64,000 nucleotides of DNA from a virus. The notes below the pieces were generated by a model. It saw nothing but the letters and a program-made list of their open reading frames with translations, did not search any database and was not told where the DNA came from. This document shows positions 19,208-29,300 of the stretch, in pieces (positions within the stretch are counted from its first letter, which is position 1; each line of letters begins with the position of its first letter). Both the position numbers and the translations under genes were made by a program. The DNA is taken from positions 1 to 64,000 of IMG/VR virus record IMGVR_UViG_3300032313_001582. One strand, written 5' to 3'.

Positions 19208-20511
19208 CCCAGTTAAGCATTTTAATACCATCCATCCCTTCTCGATTTGGCAGAGCAAAAGCATTGTATGAAAAATTACTCACAATGGTTGGTGATAGGG
19301 ACATTGAAATTTTAATGCTTACCGATAACAAGAAGAGGACTATTGGTGAAAAAAGAGAAGCCTTAAAAAATGCATCCAACGGCAAGTATTTCATGTTTGT
19401 GGACGATGATGACGACTTGTTGGAATTGAATGATTTATACGAGGCTACTTTTGAAGACGTAGATGTAATCACATTCAAGCAATTGTGTTTGAACGAAGAT
19501 AAAACCACTTTTACAATCACTTTTGGATTGGGTAATGAAGTTGAACACAAAAATATAAGGGGTAGGTATCTTGATTGCAAAAGACCGCCTTTTCATATTT
19601 GTGCGTGGAGCGAAAGATTCCGCGACTACGAATATCCACCAGTCAATTATGCCGAAGACTGGGGATGGTTACAACAGGTTTTGCCTTTAGCAAAAACAGA
19701 AAAGCACATACCAAAAATTGTACATTCCTATAACTTTGACCCCAAGGTTACAGAAGCGTCTACCGAATCAAATATTGTTTGGCAAAATCCAAATACGAAT
19801 TCTCAAATAGCACTACCCCAAAGAAATAAAAAATACAAAATGGTTACAAAGACTGGAAAAACCAGAGCAATAGTCAATCTGGTAAATAATAACGCAAACT
19901 ACATTGATTGTCAAAAAAGGCTTGAGCAGAGTGCTTTAAATAACGAAGATAAATCGTTCGATTTTTTCTGTTTTCAAAATGAAAGTCAAGTACAAGCACC
20001 ACCGCATCATGACAACCCCTATGCGTTCAAAATTTACGCGATAGAAAAGATGCGTGAGATGGGATACAAGCAGATTGTTTGGTTAGATGCGAGTATTGTA
20101 TTGGTAGATGATTTTTCTCCCATCTGGGAATGGATTTTTCAAAAGGGATTCTTTTTTGAAGAAGCAGGACACTATGCTGGTTCATGGTGTAACGAATCTA
20201 CCCTCAGTTATTTTGGTTTGACGAGAGAAAAGGCGATGACAATGCCGATGTTCGCGGCTGGCTATTGTGGTTTTGATTTTACTCACGGGCTTGCTCAGGA
20301 ATTTTTTGCTGAGTGGAAGGAAAGTATGCTTAATGGTTGTTTCAAAGGCTCATGGTCAGACCACAGACATGACATGACATGTGCATCTATCATTGCTAAT
20401 AAGCACGATATGGTGAAAGATTATTCTTCTGGTGGTCAGTACTTCGCCTACATTGGAGAAGTCTATGGAACTCCTTTACCCACGGTTGTAGGTCATTTAA
20501 TTGGCAGATAA
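19204..20511 (+). CDS. Two-domain glycosyltransferase (GT2 plus a second GT-A domain)
   Basis: N-terminal half is a paralog of 18656 (GEKR, FVDDDD, AED); C-terminal half has YAFK, WLDAS and HRHD. Confidence 0.85.
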   Translation: MTQLSILIPSIPSRFGRAKALYEKLLTMVGDRDIEILMLTDNKKRTIGEKREALKNASNGKYFMFVDDDDDLLELNDLYEATFEDVDVITFKQLCLNEDKTTFTITFGLGNEVEHKNIRGRYLDCKRPPFHICAWSERFRDYEYPPVNYAEDWGWLQQVLPLAKTEKHIPKIVHSYNFDPKVTEASTESNIVWQNPNTNSQIALPQRNKKYKMVTKTGKTRAIVNLVNNNANYIDCQKRLEQSALNNEDKSFDFFCFQNESQVQAPPHHDNPYAFKIYAIEKMREMGYKQIVWLDASIVLVDDFSPIWEWIFQKGFFFEEAGHYAGSWCNESTLSYFGLTREKAMTMPMFAAGYCGFDFTHGLAQEFFAEWKESMLNGCFKGSWSDHRHDMTCASIIANKHDMVKDYSSGGQYFAYIGEVYGTPLPTVVGHLIGR

Positions 20512-21110
20512 TGGCAAACGAAGAATTGTTTGATATTAATTTGTATAACGATGAGTTTTTCGAATGGCACTTGAAATACGCCAGAGAATATTCAATCGTA
20601 ACTATGGACTGGCTTTTAAAGTTTATACCATTTAAGTCGGTTGTTGATTTTGGTTGTGGAATCGGTAGTTATCTGGAATCTGCTCACGATAAAAATGTAA
20701 AAATCAAAGGATATGACATTGGTGGAGATTTTGCAAAGAAGTACACGCCTGAACACATTCAGCCTTTCATTGAATATTTGGATTGTACCAAGCCCATGGT
20801 TACTGAAAAATACGATTGTGTTATTTCATTCGAAACGGCAGAACACATTGAACCATTAGGAACAGACCAGTTCTGTGATAATTTGGTCAATGCGTTAGGC
20901 GAACACGGATATTTGTTTTTCACTGGCGCTCCCGAAGGTCAGGATGGTTGTGGTCACATAAATTGTCAAAGTAAAGCATTTTGGATGCTGAAATTTACAG
21001 AAAGGAATTTGGAATTTGATGCGGTTATTACGGCAGTGGTGTTCCAAGAATGGAAAAAACTTGGCGCTCCCAATTATATATGTGAAAACTTGTTAGTTTT
21101 TAAAAGATGA
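20511..21110 (+). CDS. Class I SAM-dependent methyltransferase
   Basis: VVDFGCGIG, FETAEHI, GQDGCGHINCQ. Confidence 0.88.
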   Translation: MANEELFDINLYNDEFFEWHLKYAREYSIVTMDWLLKFIPFKSVVDFGCGIGSYLESAHDKNVKIKGYDIGGDFAKKYTPEHIQPFIEYLDCTKPMVTEKYDCVISFETAEHIEPLGTDQFCDNLVNALGEHGYLFFTGAPEGQDGCGHINCQSKAFWMLKFTERNLEFDAVITAVVFQEWKKLGAPNYICENLLVFKR

Positions 21111-21670
21111 TACAGACATATAAAGATATACAGGGTTGGTTTGATTACGCTAACATTTATGACAAACAAGTGGATTTGTTAAAAAATGGTAGCACGATAG
21201 TTGAAGTTGGTTGCTGGCTTGGGAAGTCGAGTTGTTACTTAGCAGAAAAAATCAAGGAATCGGGCAAAAAAATCAATTTGTTCTGTGTGGATATTTGGGA
21301 ATATACCGATGATGACCCGTACTATTTATCTTTTAGGGAAACCCATCCAGATTTGCTCAAAGCATTTCGGTCAAATGTAAATGCTTTAGGTTTTTCAAAA
21401 ATAATAAAAGCGGTTCAAGGAGAATCTGCCATGGTGAGTCAAACTTTTCATGACGAATCAATAGATTTTATTTTTCTCGATGGCAATCATCATAGTCCTT
21501 TCATTGATGATGATTTGAAATTGTGGTATCCAAAGTTGAAATATGGAGGTTGCATCGCTGGTCACGATTATATTGATGCACCCGATGTACGGAACGCGGT
21601 TAATAAATTCTTCAATAAGAAAGTCAGAGTTGATGGTTCTTGTTGGATTTACTATAAGATGGCAAAATGA
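21107..21670 (+). CDS. Class I SAM-dependent methyltransferase (Methyltransf_24-like)
   Basis: VEVGCWLGKS, VDIW, IFLDGNH, GGCIAGHDY. Confidence 0.88.
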   Translation: MIQTYKDIQGWFDYANIYDKQVDLLKNGSTIVEVGCWLGKSSCYLAEKIKESGKKINLFCVDIWEYTDDDPYYLSFRETHPDLLKAFRSNVNALGFSKIIKAVQGESAMVSQTFHDESIDFIFLDGNHHSPFIDDDLKLWYPKLKYGGCIAGHDYIDAPDVRNAVNKFFNKKVRVDGSCWIYYKMAK

Positions 21671-21861
21671 TAATTTTTGAACCACAAAACAGGGTAGAAG
21701 TAACCACACCAAAAGGTGATGGATTTATTTGGTTAGTTACCGAATTTGGTACTGAAACGGATACAATCTACACTATCATAATAAAAGAATCTGGAGAGAT
21801 GTGGCAGATGACACACAAGGATATAAAAGTAAAACCGAATTGGACATTTAATCATAAATAA
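21667..21861 (+). CDS. Small beta-rich hypothetical protein
   Basis: 64 aa, VTTPKGDG; ATGA coupling to the upstream gene. Confidence 0.65.
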   Translation: MIIFEPQNRVEVTTPKGDGFIWLVTEFGTETDTIYTIIIKESGEMWQMTHKDIKVKPNWTFNHK

Positions 21862-21862
21862 C

Positions 21863-22495
21863 ATGTATACACAAAATGATGAAGAATCAGTAATCAGAGG
21901 ATACTTTGGTTATCAAGACCCGAAATCCTTATTCCTATTAGATATTGGTGCTAATGACGGACAAACTTTCAGTAATTCCAGACAATGTATTTTGGATGGT
22001 TTTAATGCAGTTTTGGTAGAGCCAAGCCCAAAAGCATTTGATAAATTGAAGAAATTGTATGCTCGTAATCCTAAAGTTAAATTGAAGAAATTGGCTATCT
22101 CTCAGACCTCTGGAGAAGTTGTTTTTCATGAATCGGGTTCGTGGAATGAAGATGAAAGCGATGTAGCATTATTGTCTTCGTTAAAAGAATCTGAATTAAA
22201 GCGTTGGGGGGATAGGGTGTCGTTTACGGAAACGAAAGTTCAATCGTTGACTTTCCAAGATTTTTTAAAAAATGAAAACCTTGAAAACATAAAGTTTGAC
22301 TTCATTTCTATTGATGCTGAAGGAGTTGATTGGGAAATTCTGGAGCAAATAGATTTGACCAAAATTGGTTGTCAGTGTTTGTGTGTTGAATGGAATGGTA
22401 TCATAGACCTATACACCAAAATGACAAAATATTGTGAAGGTTATGGTATGAAACTCATCTCCAAGAACCCAGAAAACTTGATTTTTATACGATAA
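21863..22495 (+). CDS. FkbM-family methyltransferase
   Basis: LDIGANDG, VEPSP, ISIDAEG. Confidence 0.9.
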   Translation: MYTQNDEESVIRGYFGYQDPKSLFLLDIGANDGQTFSNSRQCILDGFNAVLVEPSPKAFDKLKKLYARNPKVKLKKLAISQTSGEVVFHESGSWNEDESDVALLSSLKESELKRWGDRVSFTETKVQSLTFQDFLKNENLENIKFDFISIDAEGVDWEILEQIDLTKIGCQCLCVEWNGIIDLYTKMTKYCEGYGMKLISKNPENLIFIR

Positions 22496-22515
22496 TATAC
22501 GAATTAATACGAATT

Positions 22516-23145
22516 ATGTACGCAGACTGGTTATTAGAAGAAAGACTTAATGAATACTTTTCAGGTGAAAACCCTAAGTTCTTGACTGCTTTGGACATCG
22601 GGGCGAATGATGGTGTTTATTTGTCAAACACCAGACAGGTTATTCTGGATGGATGGAATGCAGTTTTGGTTGACCCAGCAGAAAGTGCTTTTAAAAGATT
22701 GAAAGCATTGTATCACAATCACCCTAAAGTTCTATTGTGCAATGTAGGTATTGGTAGTGAATCAAAGAAAGAAACATTTTATGAGAGTGGCAGTTACCAG
22801 CAAGATACCGAAGACACCGCATTATTTTCAAGTATAAGCGAATCAGAAATTCAAAGATTTCCTAATGTTCCTTTTGAAAAGAAAGAAATTGAAATCATGT
22901 CTTGGAGTGATTTTTTAAGTTTTTACGGGCTCAAATACTCCAAGTTTGATTTTATCAGTATAGATGCTGAAGGCTTAGACTGGGAAATACTTCGTCAAAT
23001 TAACTTGAGTTATTACAGATGTCGTTTTTTGTGCATCGAATGGAATAGAAGACCAGAAGATGAAGTCAGATTTACCAATCATGCCAAATTGTTTGGAATG
23101 AAATTATTAGAGAAAAACAATGACAACTTGGTTTTTGTAAAATGA
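22516..23145 (+). CDS. FkbM-family methyltransferase (tandem paralog)
   Basis: LDIGANDG, ISIDAEG; colinear with the previous gene. Confidence 0.9.
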   Translation: MYADWLLEERLNEYFSGENPKFLTALDIGANDGVYLSNTRQVILDGWNAVLVDPAESAFKRLKALYHNHPKVLLCNVGIGSESKKETFYESGSYQQDTEDTALFSSISESEIQRFPNVPFEKKEIEIMSWSDFLSFYGLKYSKFDFISIDAEGLDWEILRQINLSYYRCRFLCIEWNRRPEDEVRFTNHAKLFGMKLLEKNNDNLVFVK

Positions 23146-23909
23146 TAAGCGTAGTCATTTCATATTGCTCAAACGACAAACCTTTTATTCAGCCTTTGCT
23201 GAATGAGTGTAAGAAGTTTTCAAACGATATTATCATTGTATCTACCAACCATTTTTTGGATGGCAGATACGATGAAGAATTGCAGGATTTAACGCAGGAA
23301 GATGTGAAACATATTATTTATCCATGGGAAGTAGATAAAAATCCAAAGTTCTGGCATAATCACAATCGTTTTCTTGGATTACAACAGGCTCAAAAAAGTC
23401 ATGTGCTTTTTTTAGATGCCGATGAAATACCAGATGGAAAAATTATGCTTGATTTTTTAAATAGTGGTCTACATCTTTCCATGCCAATAATCAGTTTTGA
23501 ATGCTATTGGTATTTTAGAGAAGCAACATTCAGAGCATTAACTACTGAGAGATGTGGCGTTTTGTATAATCGAGGTTATCTAACTGAGGAATTAATTTAT
23601 CATCCCATGGAAAGATGGTCTTATGAAATGACTCAGACACCGCGATTGGACAAATACACATTCAGAAATGAAATCATAATGCACCATTTTTCATGGGTTC
23701 GTACAAAAGAGCAAATGTTAAAAAAAGTAAAGTCATGGGCACACCAAGGTGATAAACAATGGGTATCTTTGATTGAAGAAGAATTCAAGTATTCTTTCAA
23801 AGGTCGTGACTTTGTTCACAACTATAAATTTATTGATGTAGAAAACATATTTAAAATTGACATATATGGAAGACAAGAAACCACAGACACCAGTTCAATA
23901 TGTACATAA
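23142..23909 (+). CDS. GT2-like glycosyltransferase
   Basis: LFLDADE, HHFSWVR...KVKSWAH. Confidence 0.8.
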   Translation: MISVVISYCSNDKPFIQPLLNECKKFSNDIIIVSTNHFLDGRYDEELQDLTQEDVKHIIYPWEVDKNPKFWHNHNRFLGLQQAQKSHVLFLDADEIPDGKIMLDFLNSGLHLSMPIISFECYWYFREATFRALTTERCGVLYNRGYLTEELIYHPMERWSYEMTQTPRLDKYTFRNEIIMHHFSWVRTKEQMLKKVKSWAHQGDKQWVSLIEEEFKYSFKGRDFVHNYKFIDVENIFKIDIYGRQETTDTSSICT

Positions 23910-24192
23910 GTACGAACTGGCAGAGTATCCTTTACTAAAAGGCACAAAACAACTCATGAAGGATGGAAATCCTTGCAAATGCCACAGAGCAAATGTGCAA
24001 ATGATTCCAAACATGGCAAATCAATTAGTGCCCGTTTACGAACATTGTACCACTCATTGTAGCCGTGCAATTCTTGGAGTTGAAGGAGAACAATTAGTGT
24101 TTGTTCAAAATTGTGAAGTAATCGCTCAAAAATTCAAAATCGAAAATGCCCAAGCAAAACCAAATCAGTCCAAACTTGAGGTCATCAGGTAA
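23866..24192 (+). CDS. Small Cys/His-rich protein (possible metal binder)
   Basis: CKCH...CTTHC...C. Confidence 0.55.
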   Translation: MEDKKPQTPVQYVHKYELAEYPLLKGTKQLMKDGNPCKCHRANVQMIPNMANQLVPVYEHCTTHCSRAILGVEGEQLVFVQNCEVIAQKFKIENAQAKPNQSKLEVIR

Positions 24193-25432
24193 AAGGATTT
24201 TGGCTTACATGGACTGGAACTCACCTACGGGTTTTGGGAATGTATCAAAAAACATTATTGATAGAATTACCCAGTTTTGTTTAGACAACAAAGTTAAAAT
24301 AGACATTTGTGCCATAAACTATCGAGGAGAATCGAACGTTCAGGTTAACGAATGCGTTAAAATTTTTAACTCAAAGGATTACGCGAAAGACCAGAAAGAC
24401 CCATACTTGAATCGTACAGGTTTTTTAACTCTTTTGTCGCTAAGACCTTATGACATCGTTTGGATGATGTATGATATAAATGTCATCACTCCTTTGATGC
24501 CCATGATTAAGCAACTGAAGGAAAGACAGAAGAGCGTAACTAAAAAAGGCTTCAAGACTATCGTTTACACACCGATTGATAGCCCCCCAGATTTAAGTTG
24601 GTTTGAGGGAATGAATCAATTAGATGAATTGATTACTTATACTAATTATGGATTAGAAGAAATTGAGAAGGTATTCAAATTCAAAAAGAAGATTCAGATT
24701 ATACCACATGGATTAGATACGGAAACCTATAAGCAAGTTCCAAAAACTGGATTGAGAAAGAAGTATGGTATTCCAGAGGATGCTTTTGTTTTTGGAACTG
24801 TAAATAAGAATCAACCAAGAAAAGACATCGGTTGTACATTGATTTCTTTTGCCAAGTTAAAGAAGACGCTTGATTCTTTACCAGATACCTATAAAAACGG
24901 GAATAAGGTTGTTCTGTACTTACATACTTATCACAACGACCCAACAGGAATAAATATCCATCAAGTTGCCAGTCGGTTGGGATTAAAGTTCAATGAGGAT
25001 TATTTTTTACCCATAGAACCCAAGTATAGCAATGCCGAGTTTACACCAGCAGAAATGAATGAGGTTTATAATTGTCTGGATGTTTTCGTTTCTACGAGTT
25101 CTGCTGAGGGTTGGGGTTTGACTATTACGGAAGCCATGTCTGTTGGATTGCCAATAGTTTGTGGAAACCATACGAGTATTAAAGAAATAACAAGGAATGG
25201 AAAAGATGTATTCTCAATTTTTGGGCAACATGAGCATGTTCAGATTCATGACGGTAACGCAATCAGGTATTGTTTGGACTCAAACCAAGTTTCTCATCAA
25301 TTATGGCTACTTTTTATCGAGTACCTCGAAAAAAAAGAACTTGAGTATCACGATTACGACTATCAGAAAAACAAGTATAACTGGGACAACATAGCGTTGA
25401 CTTGGACACAAGTTTTAAACAAGCACTTGTAA
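24146..25432 (+). CDS. GT4-family (GT-B) glycosyltransferase
   Basis: PTGFG, IIPHGLD, NKNQPRK, EGWGLTITEAMSVGLP. Confidence 0.9.
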   Translation: MPKQNQISPNLRSSGKRILAYMDWNSPTGFGNVSKNIIDRITQFCLDNKVKIDICAINYRGESNVQVNECVKIFNSKDYAKDQKDPYLNRTGFLTLLSLRPYDIVWMMYDINVITPLMPMIKQLKERQKSVTKKGFKTIVYTPIDSPPDLSWFEGMNQLDELITYTNYGLEEIEKVFKFKKKIQIIPHGLDTETYKQVPKTGLRKKYGIPEDAFVFGTVNKNQPRKDIGCTLISFAKLKKTLDSLPDTYKNGNKVVLYLHTYHNDPTGINIHQVASRLGLKFNEDYFLPIEPKYSNAEFTPAEMNEVYNCLDVFVSTSSAEGWGLTITEAMSVGLPIVCGNHTSIKEITRNGKDVFSIFGQHEHVQIHDGNAIRYCLDSNQVSHQLWLLFIEYLEKKELEYHDYDYQKNKYNWDNIALTWTQVLNKHL

Positions 25433-25445
25433 ATTTGAGATTCGG

Positions 25446-25467
25446 TTGTTATTTTTGAAAATAACAA
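25446..25467. promoter_or_regulatory. Perfect 10-bp inverted repeat operator containing a -7 box
   Basis: TTGTTATTTT-TG-AAAATAACAA, 4 nt before the ATG at 25472. Confidence 0.65.
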
Positions 25468-25471
25468 TATC

Positions 25472-25732
25472 ATGGCTACAAAAGATAACTTGATTAAGAC
25501 TCATTTGATGGAACACAAGGTGATTACATCTTGGGAGGCAATCGAAAATTATGGTGCAACTCGTTTAGCGGCGATTATATTTAATCTCCGAAAAGAAGGC
25601 TTTCTAATTGATTCCTATGATTACAAAGACCACGATAGACATGGAAATATTTGCATATATTCGAGGTACATTCTGTTGGCAACACCAGAAAAATACGAAC
25701 AATTACAAAAACTTCAACTAAAACTATTCTAA
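25472..25732 (+). CDS. Phage HTH protein (HTH_39-like)
   Basis: HL.....ITSWEAIENYGATRLAAIIFNLRKEG. Confidence 0.8.
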   Translation: MATKDNLIKTHLMEHKVITSWEAIENYGATRLAAIIFNLRKEGFLIDSYDYKDHDRHGNICIYSRYILLATPEKYEQLQKLQLKLF

Positions 25733-25733
25733 A

Positions 25734-25934
25734 ATGGCAAACCTAATCGAATGGAAAGACTATGTGGTTATATACCATCTGGGCAAACATGACAGAGAAT
25801 CTTTTCGGTCATGGTTAAAAAACAACAACCGAACACAACCTGTCTGTTCTTGGGAAAACGAAAACGCGAATGATTGTGCTTATTTGCAAGACTATCGAGA
25901 TTTTTTGGCATGGAGAAGATTACAAACCCCTTAA
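25734..25934 (+). CDS. Hypothetical protein
   Basis: 66-aa ORF ending the operon. Confidence 0.55.
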   Translation: MANLIEWKDYVVIYHLGKHDRESFRSWLKNNNRTQPVCSWENENANDCAYLQDYRDFLAWRRLQTP

Positions 25935-25964
25935 AAAAGAAAGGGTGGAACATTCCGCCCCACC
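25933..25964 (-). terminator. Rho-independent terminator for the minus-strand small gene
   Basis: Minus strand GGTGGGGC-GGAAT-GTTCCACC followed by CTTTCTTTTTT. Confidence 0.7.
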
Positions 25965-26011
25965 GCTTACTTCAAGCCGAGATACCACAGAGTACCCGTA
26001 ACAAGTGCTAA

Positions 26012-26122
26012 TTACTTAGCGGTCTTGTACACGAGGTAAGCGATACCAATCAAAGCCAAGGTGTTGTGTACGTTAGTACCACCCAGCCAGTTGGGGCTTT
26101 TGATGTCGAAAAATCCAGTCAT
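26012..26122 (-). CDS. 36-aa single-TM microprotein (missing from the ORF track)
   Basis: MTGFFDIKSPNWLGGTNVHNTLALIGIAYLVYKTAK; C-ending codons, poly-A leader, own terminator. Confidence 0.75.
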   Translation of the reverse strand: MTGFFDIKSPNWLGGTNVHNTLALIGIAYLVYKTAK

Positions 26123-26332
26123 TTTTTTTTGCGTCAAATTGTTTAGTTTTGACATTACAAATATGGCGAATACGATAATCCAAAAACATAAATTTTCAGA
26201 TAATCAATTCCAGATTTGTAAACATGTTATTATTTGTTTTTAAATAGTTGAAAATCAATAGATTAGAAAATTATATTTGTCTATAAGTTTAATTAAAGTA
26301 AATTATCTTTGCTAAAATCACACTAAAATCCA

Positions 26333-29300
26333 ATGAAAAATATATTTAAAGGCGGTATGTCAGCCGATTTGAGTGCTTTTGATGTTGCTAAAAAATGGAA
26401 GATTAGCCCAATCGAGTTCATGCCTATTCTGGAAAAAGGGACGGAACATGAATTGGAACATACAGACGACAAAGACGTTGCCAGAAGAATTGCCCTTGAC
26501 CACATAGTTGAAAGGTTGGATTATTACGAGCAACTGGATAAGATTGAAATGATGAAAAAGGGTGCAATATTAGAGAAGCCCGAAATTTTCAATGACATTA
26601 CACTTTATTATGAAAAGAAAGGAAATTGGCTTTTCGCTAAAGGAAATTTCTATGCGTGGCTTTATGATGAGAAGGGTGCTGGTGCTAAATTGCAAAATCA
26701 GGAGTATGATTTTATTATGTTTCCACCGATGGGTAAGGGAAATCCATTTAGTGAAAAATATGTACCGCCATTAAGAATGATTTGGGATAAGAGTTATCAA
26801 AAGAAGTTTAAAGGTATTAATCACTTATTGGGCATCGTAAAAGGGTTTTATGATGAAGACAAAAATCAAATCATTATTGATATGATGACGACTAATCCAA
26901 AATTCAGAAGGCAAGGAATCAATGCTCATATAATTAAAAATTTAAGAGAGGAATTTGGAGTTAGTCAAGATGATGTAATTTTTGATAAACCAACAAAAGA
27001 GGGCAAGTTGTTTGAGAGTTCAAAAAAGTACGAAAATGGTGGTTTAATAGCACCGAATGGCGAGCAAAGTAATCTAACTCCAGAACTATATGAGTTGGTT
27101 CGAACTAAAGCGTTCAAAAATTGGTTTGGGGATTGGGAAAACGACCCAGAAAATGCCAGCAAGGTTATAGATAAAAATGGCGAACCAAAAATAGTATATC
27201 ATGGAACGAATAATGATTTTACCATTTTTGATAAAAATAAATTAGGCGAAAAAAACTTTTTCGCGGAATCAGCATCTTTAGGTTTCTTTTTTGCTGGTAA
27301 TATTAAAACTTCCGAAGCATACATCGGAATGAACTCGATGGATTGGGCAGGAGTTCAATTTGGTGCTTATGATGACATCATCAATAAATACAAACCAGAA
27401 CTGGATAGTATTAACAAAGATATTCAACAGATATATGAAAAATATCGAAAACAAGAAAAGGACAATATCAAAAAATTACAAGACGAAATAATTGAAAAGA
27501 TTCGTCAAACGCACAAGGATTTGTCCGAAAATGATTTGAAAGGTATTTTTATCAGAGATATGAATTGGGATGAAATTAACAAATTCGCTCAAGAGGAAAA
27601 CAACTTGAATGGAAATACTCAAAAATTGAAAGAGTTAAACGATAAAATTAAATCAGAGATAGAAGCAAAGTGGAAAGTTAAAACTAATGCAAATCCAAGA
27701 ATCATTTCATTGTTCTTGAATATTAGGAATCCATACATAATTGATTATGCTAATAATAAACAAACTGACCTTTCTCAAGATATAAAAACGGCTATAAAAA
27801 ATACAAATGATGGGGTCATATTCAATAATTTGAAAGATGGAGATGACGTAGACGATATTTTTGTTGTGTTTGATTCAGAGCAAATCAAACTTGCTGATGG
27901 AACAAACACAACTTTTGATATAAACAATCCAGACATTCGGTTTGCCAAGGGTGGCGACACAAACAGAAATTTCAATGATAAAGAATTATTGAAAAGATAC
28001 AATCAAGGAGAAAGCATTGGATTTACTGCAATTGCTCACTTAAAAGCACAAGGATTAATCGAGAGGTCAGATGGTACAAAGAGAAAAAGCATAAACAGTT
28101 TTAAGCAAGGTGGACTAATCGCACCTAATGGTGAACTTAGTAATCTTACGCCTGAACAATACAATTTGGTCAGGACTCCAGAATTTAAAGGTTGGTTTGG
28201 TTTTTGGGATTTATATCCTTCTGGTAAAGCAAATGACTATTATCAGCCAAATGTAAGAACAATCGCAAGAGAGTTGAAGCAAGAAAAATTCTCTGCCATC
28301 CAAGAAGTGGTTGATTTTTTGAGCAAGCAAGTCAATGAAGAAGATGTGTTAATACCCATGCCAAGTAGATATGGTTATGCTACGGACACTCAAAAATTGG
28401 TTGAAAAAATATCGGAGAGAACGGGTGCAAAAGTTTTCGATTGTTTGGTAGGGAAAAAAAGGCAGAGTATTTATGAACTGAAGAAAACAAATCAAGATGT
28501 ATCTGACTTTGAATTCGACTTCCAAATAAATTGTGAAATACCCAAAGCCAGAAATTATTTTATTGTAGATAATGTTATTGGAACTGGTATTACTATGAAA
28601 AATGCGTTAATGAATGTTATAGCAAGGGTAGGCAAGAATGTTAGCCCTTTAGTTTATGCCATAGACCTCAATAATATTTCCAAGGTTGTAGATGAAAATG
28701 ATGAGCCATTGGTAGTTCATCATGGTAGTATTATTGATACCAAATTTGACATATTTGATTACAAAAAAGCCGATTTAGGTTTTCATTTTGGTACGAAAGA
28801 ACAAGCAAAAAAAAGAGTGGAAAGCAAATCCGTTTTACCACCAAGAAAATCAATAGTCAATTCATTTTTCCTGAACATAAGAGTTTTGTTTGAAATGACT
28901 GATGTGGGCGAATGGCAGTACCCACAACGATACATTGATGAGTTGATGTCGGATAATATTATTGAAGAAAAAGTTGCGAAACAAAAAGGGTTTTTATCAT
29001 TGTATAGGCGAGAAGACAATGCCATCATAAGGGACTACTTAAAGTCAAAATATGGCAGTTTTGTGGGGTTTGTGTACAATAACAAATACGAGGGAAATGG
29101 TAAATCATTTATTGCGTTATCTCGAAATGAAATCAAGTTAGCCGATGGTAGTAATAAGACTTTTGATAGTGACAATCCTGATATTCGGTTTGACAAAGGT
29201 GGGGAAATACAAAATTTAATAGACCAAGGCGAAATGGAACTTAAAGTATATCCAACCACACCTGAACATGCAAATCTGTATGGGTTTAAATCCAAAAATC

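Noticed and set aside
25940-26011. tRNA gene in the GC-richer intergenic segment
   Set aside because: No cloverleaf or T-loop consensus; explained by the microgene 3' region and terminator
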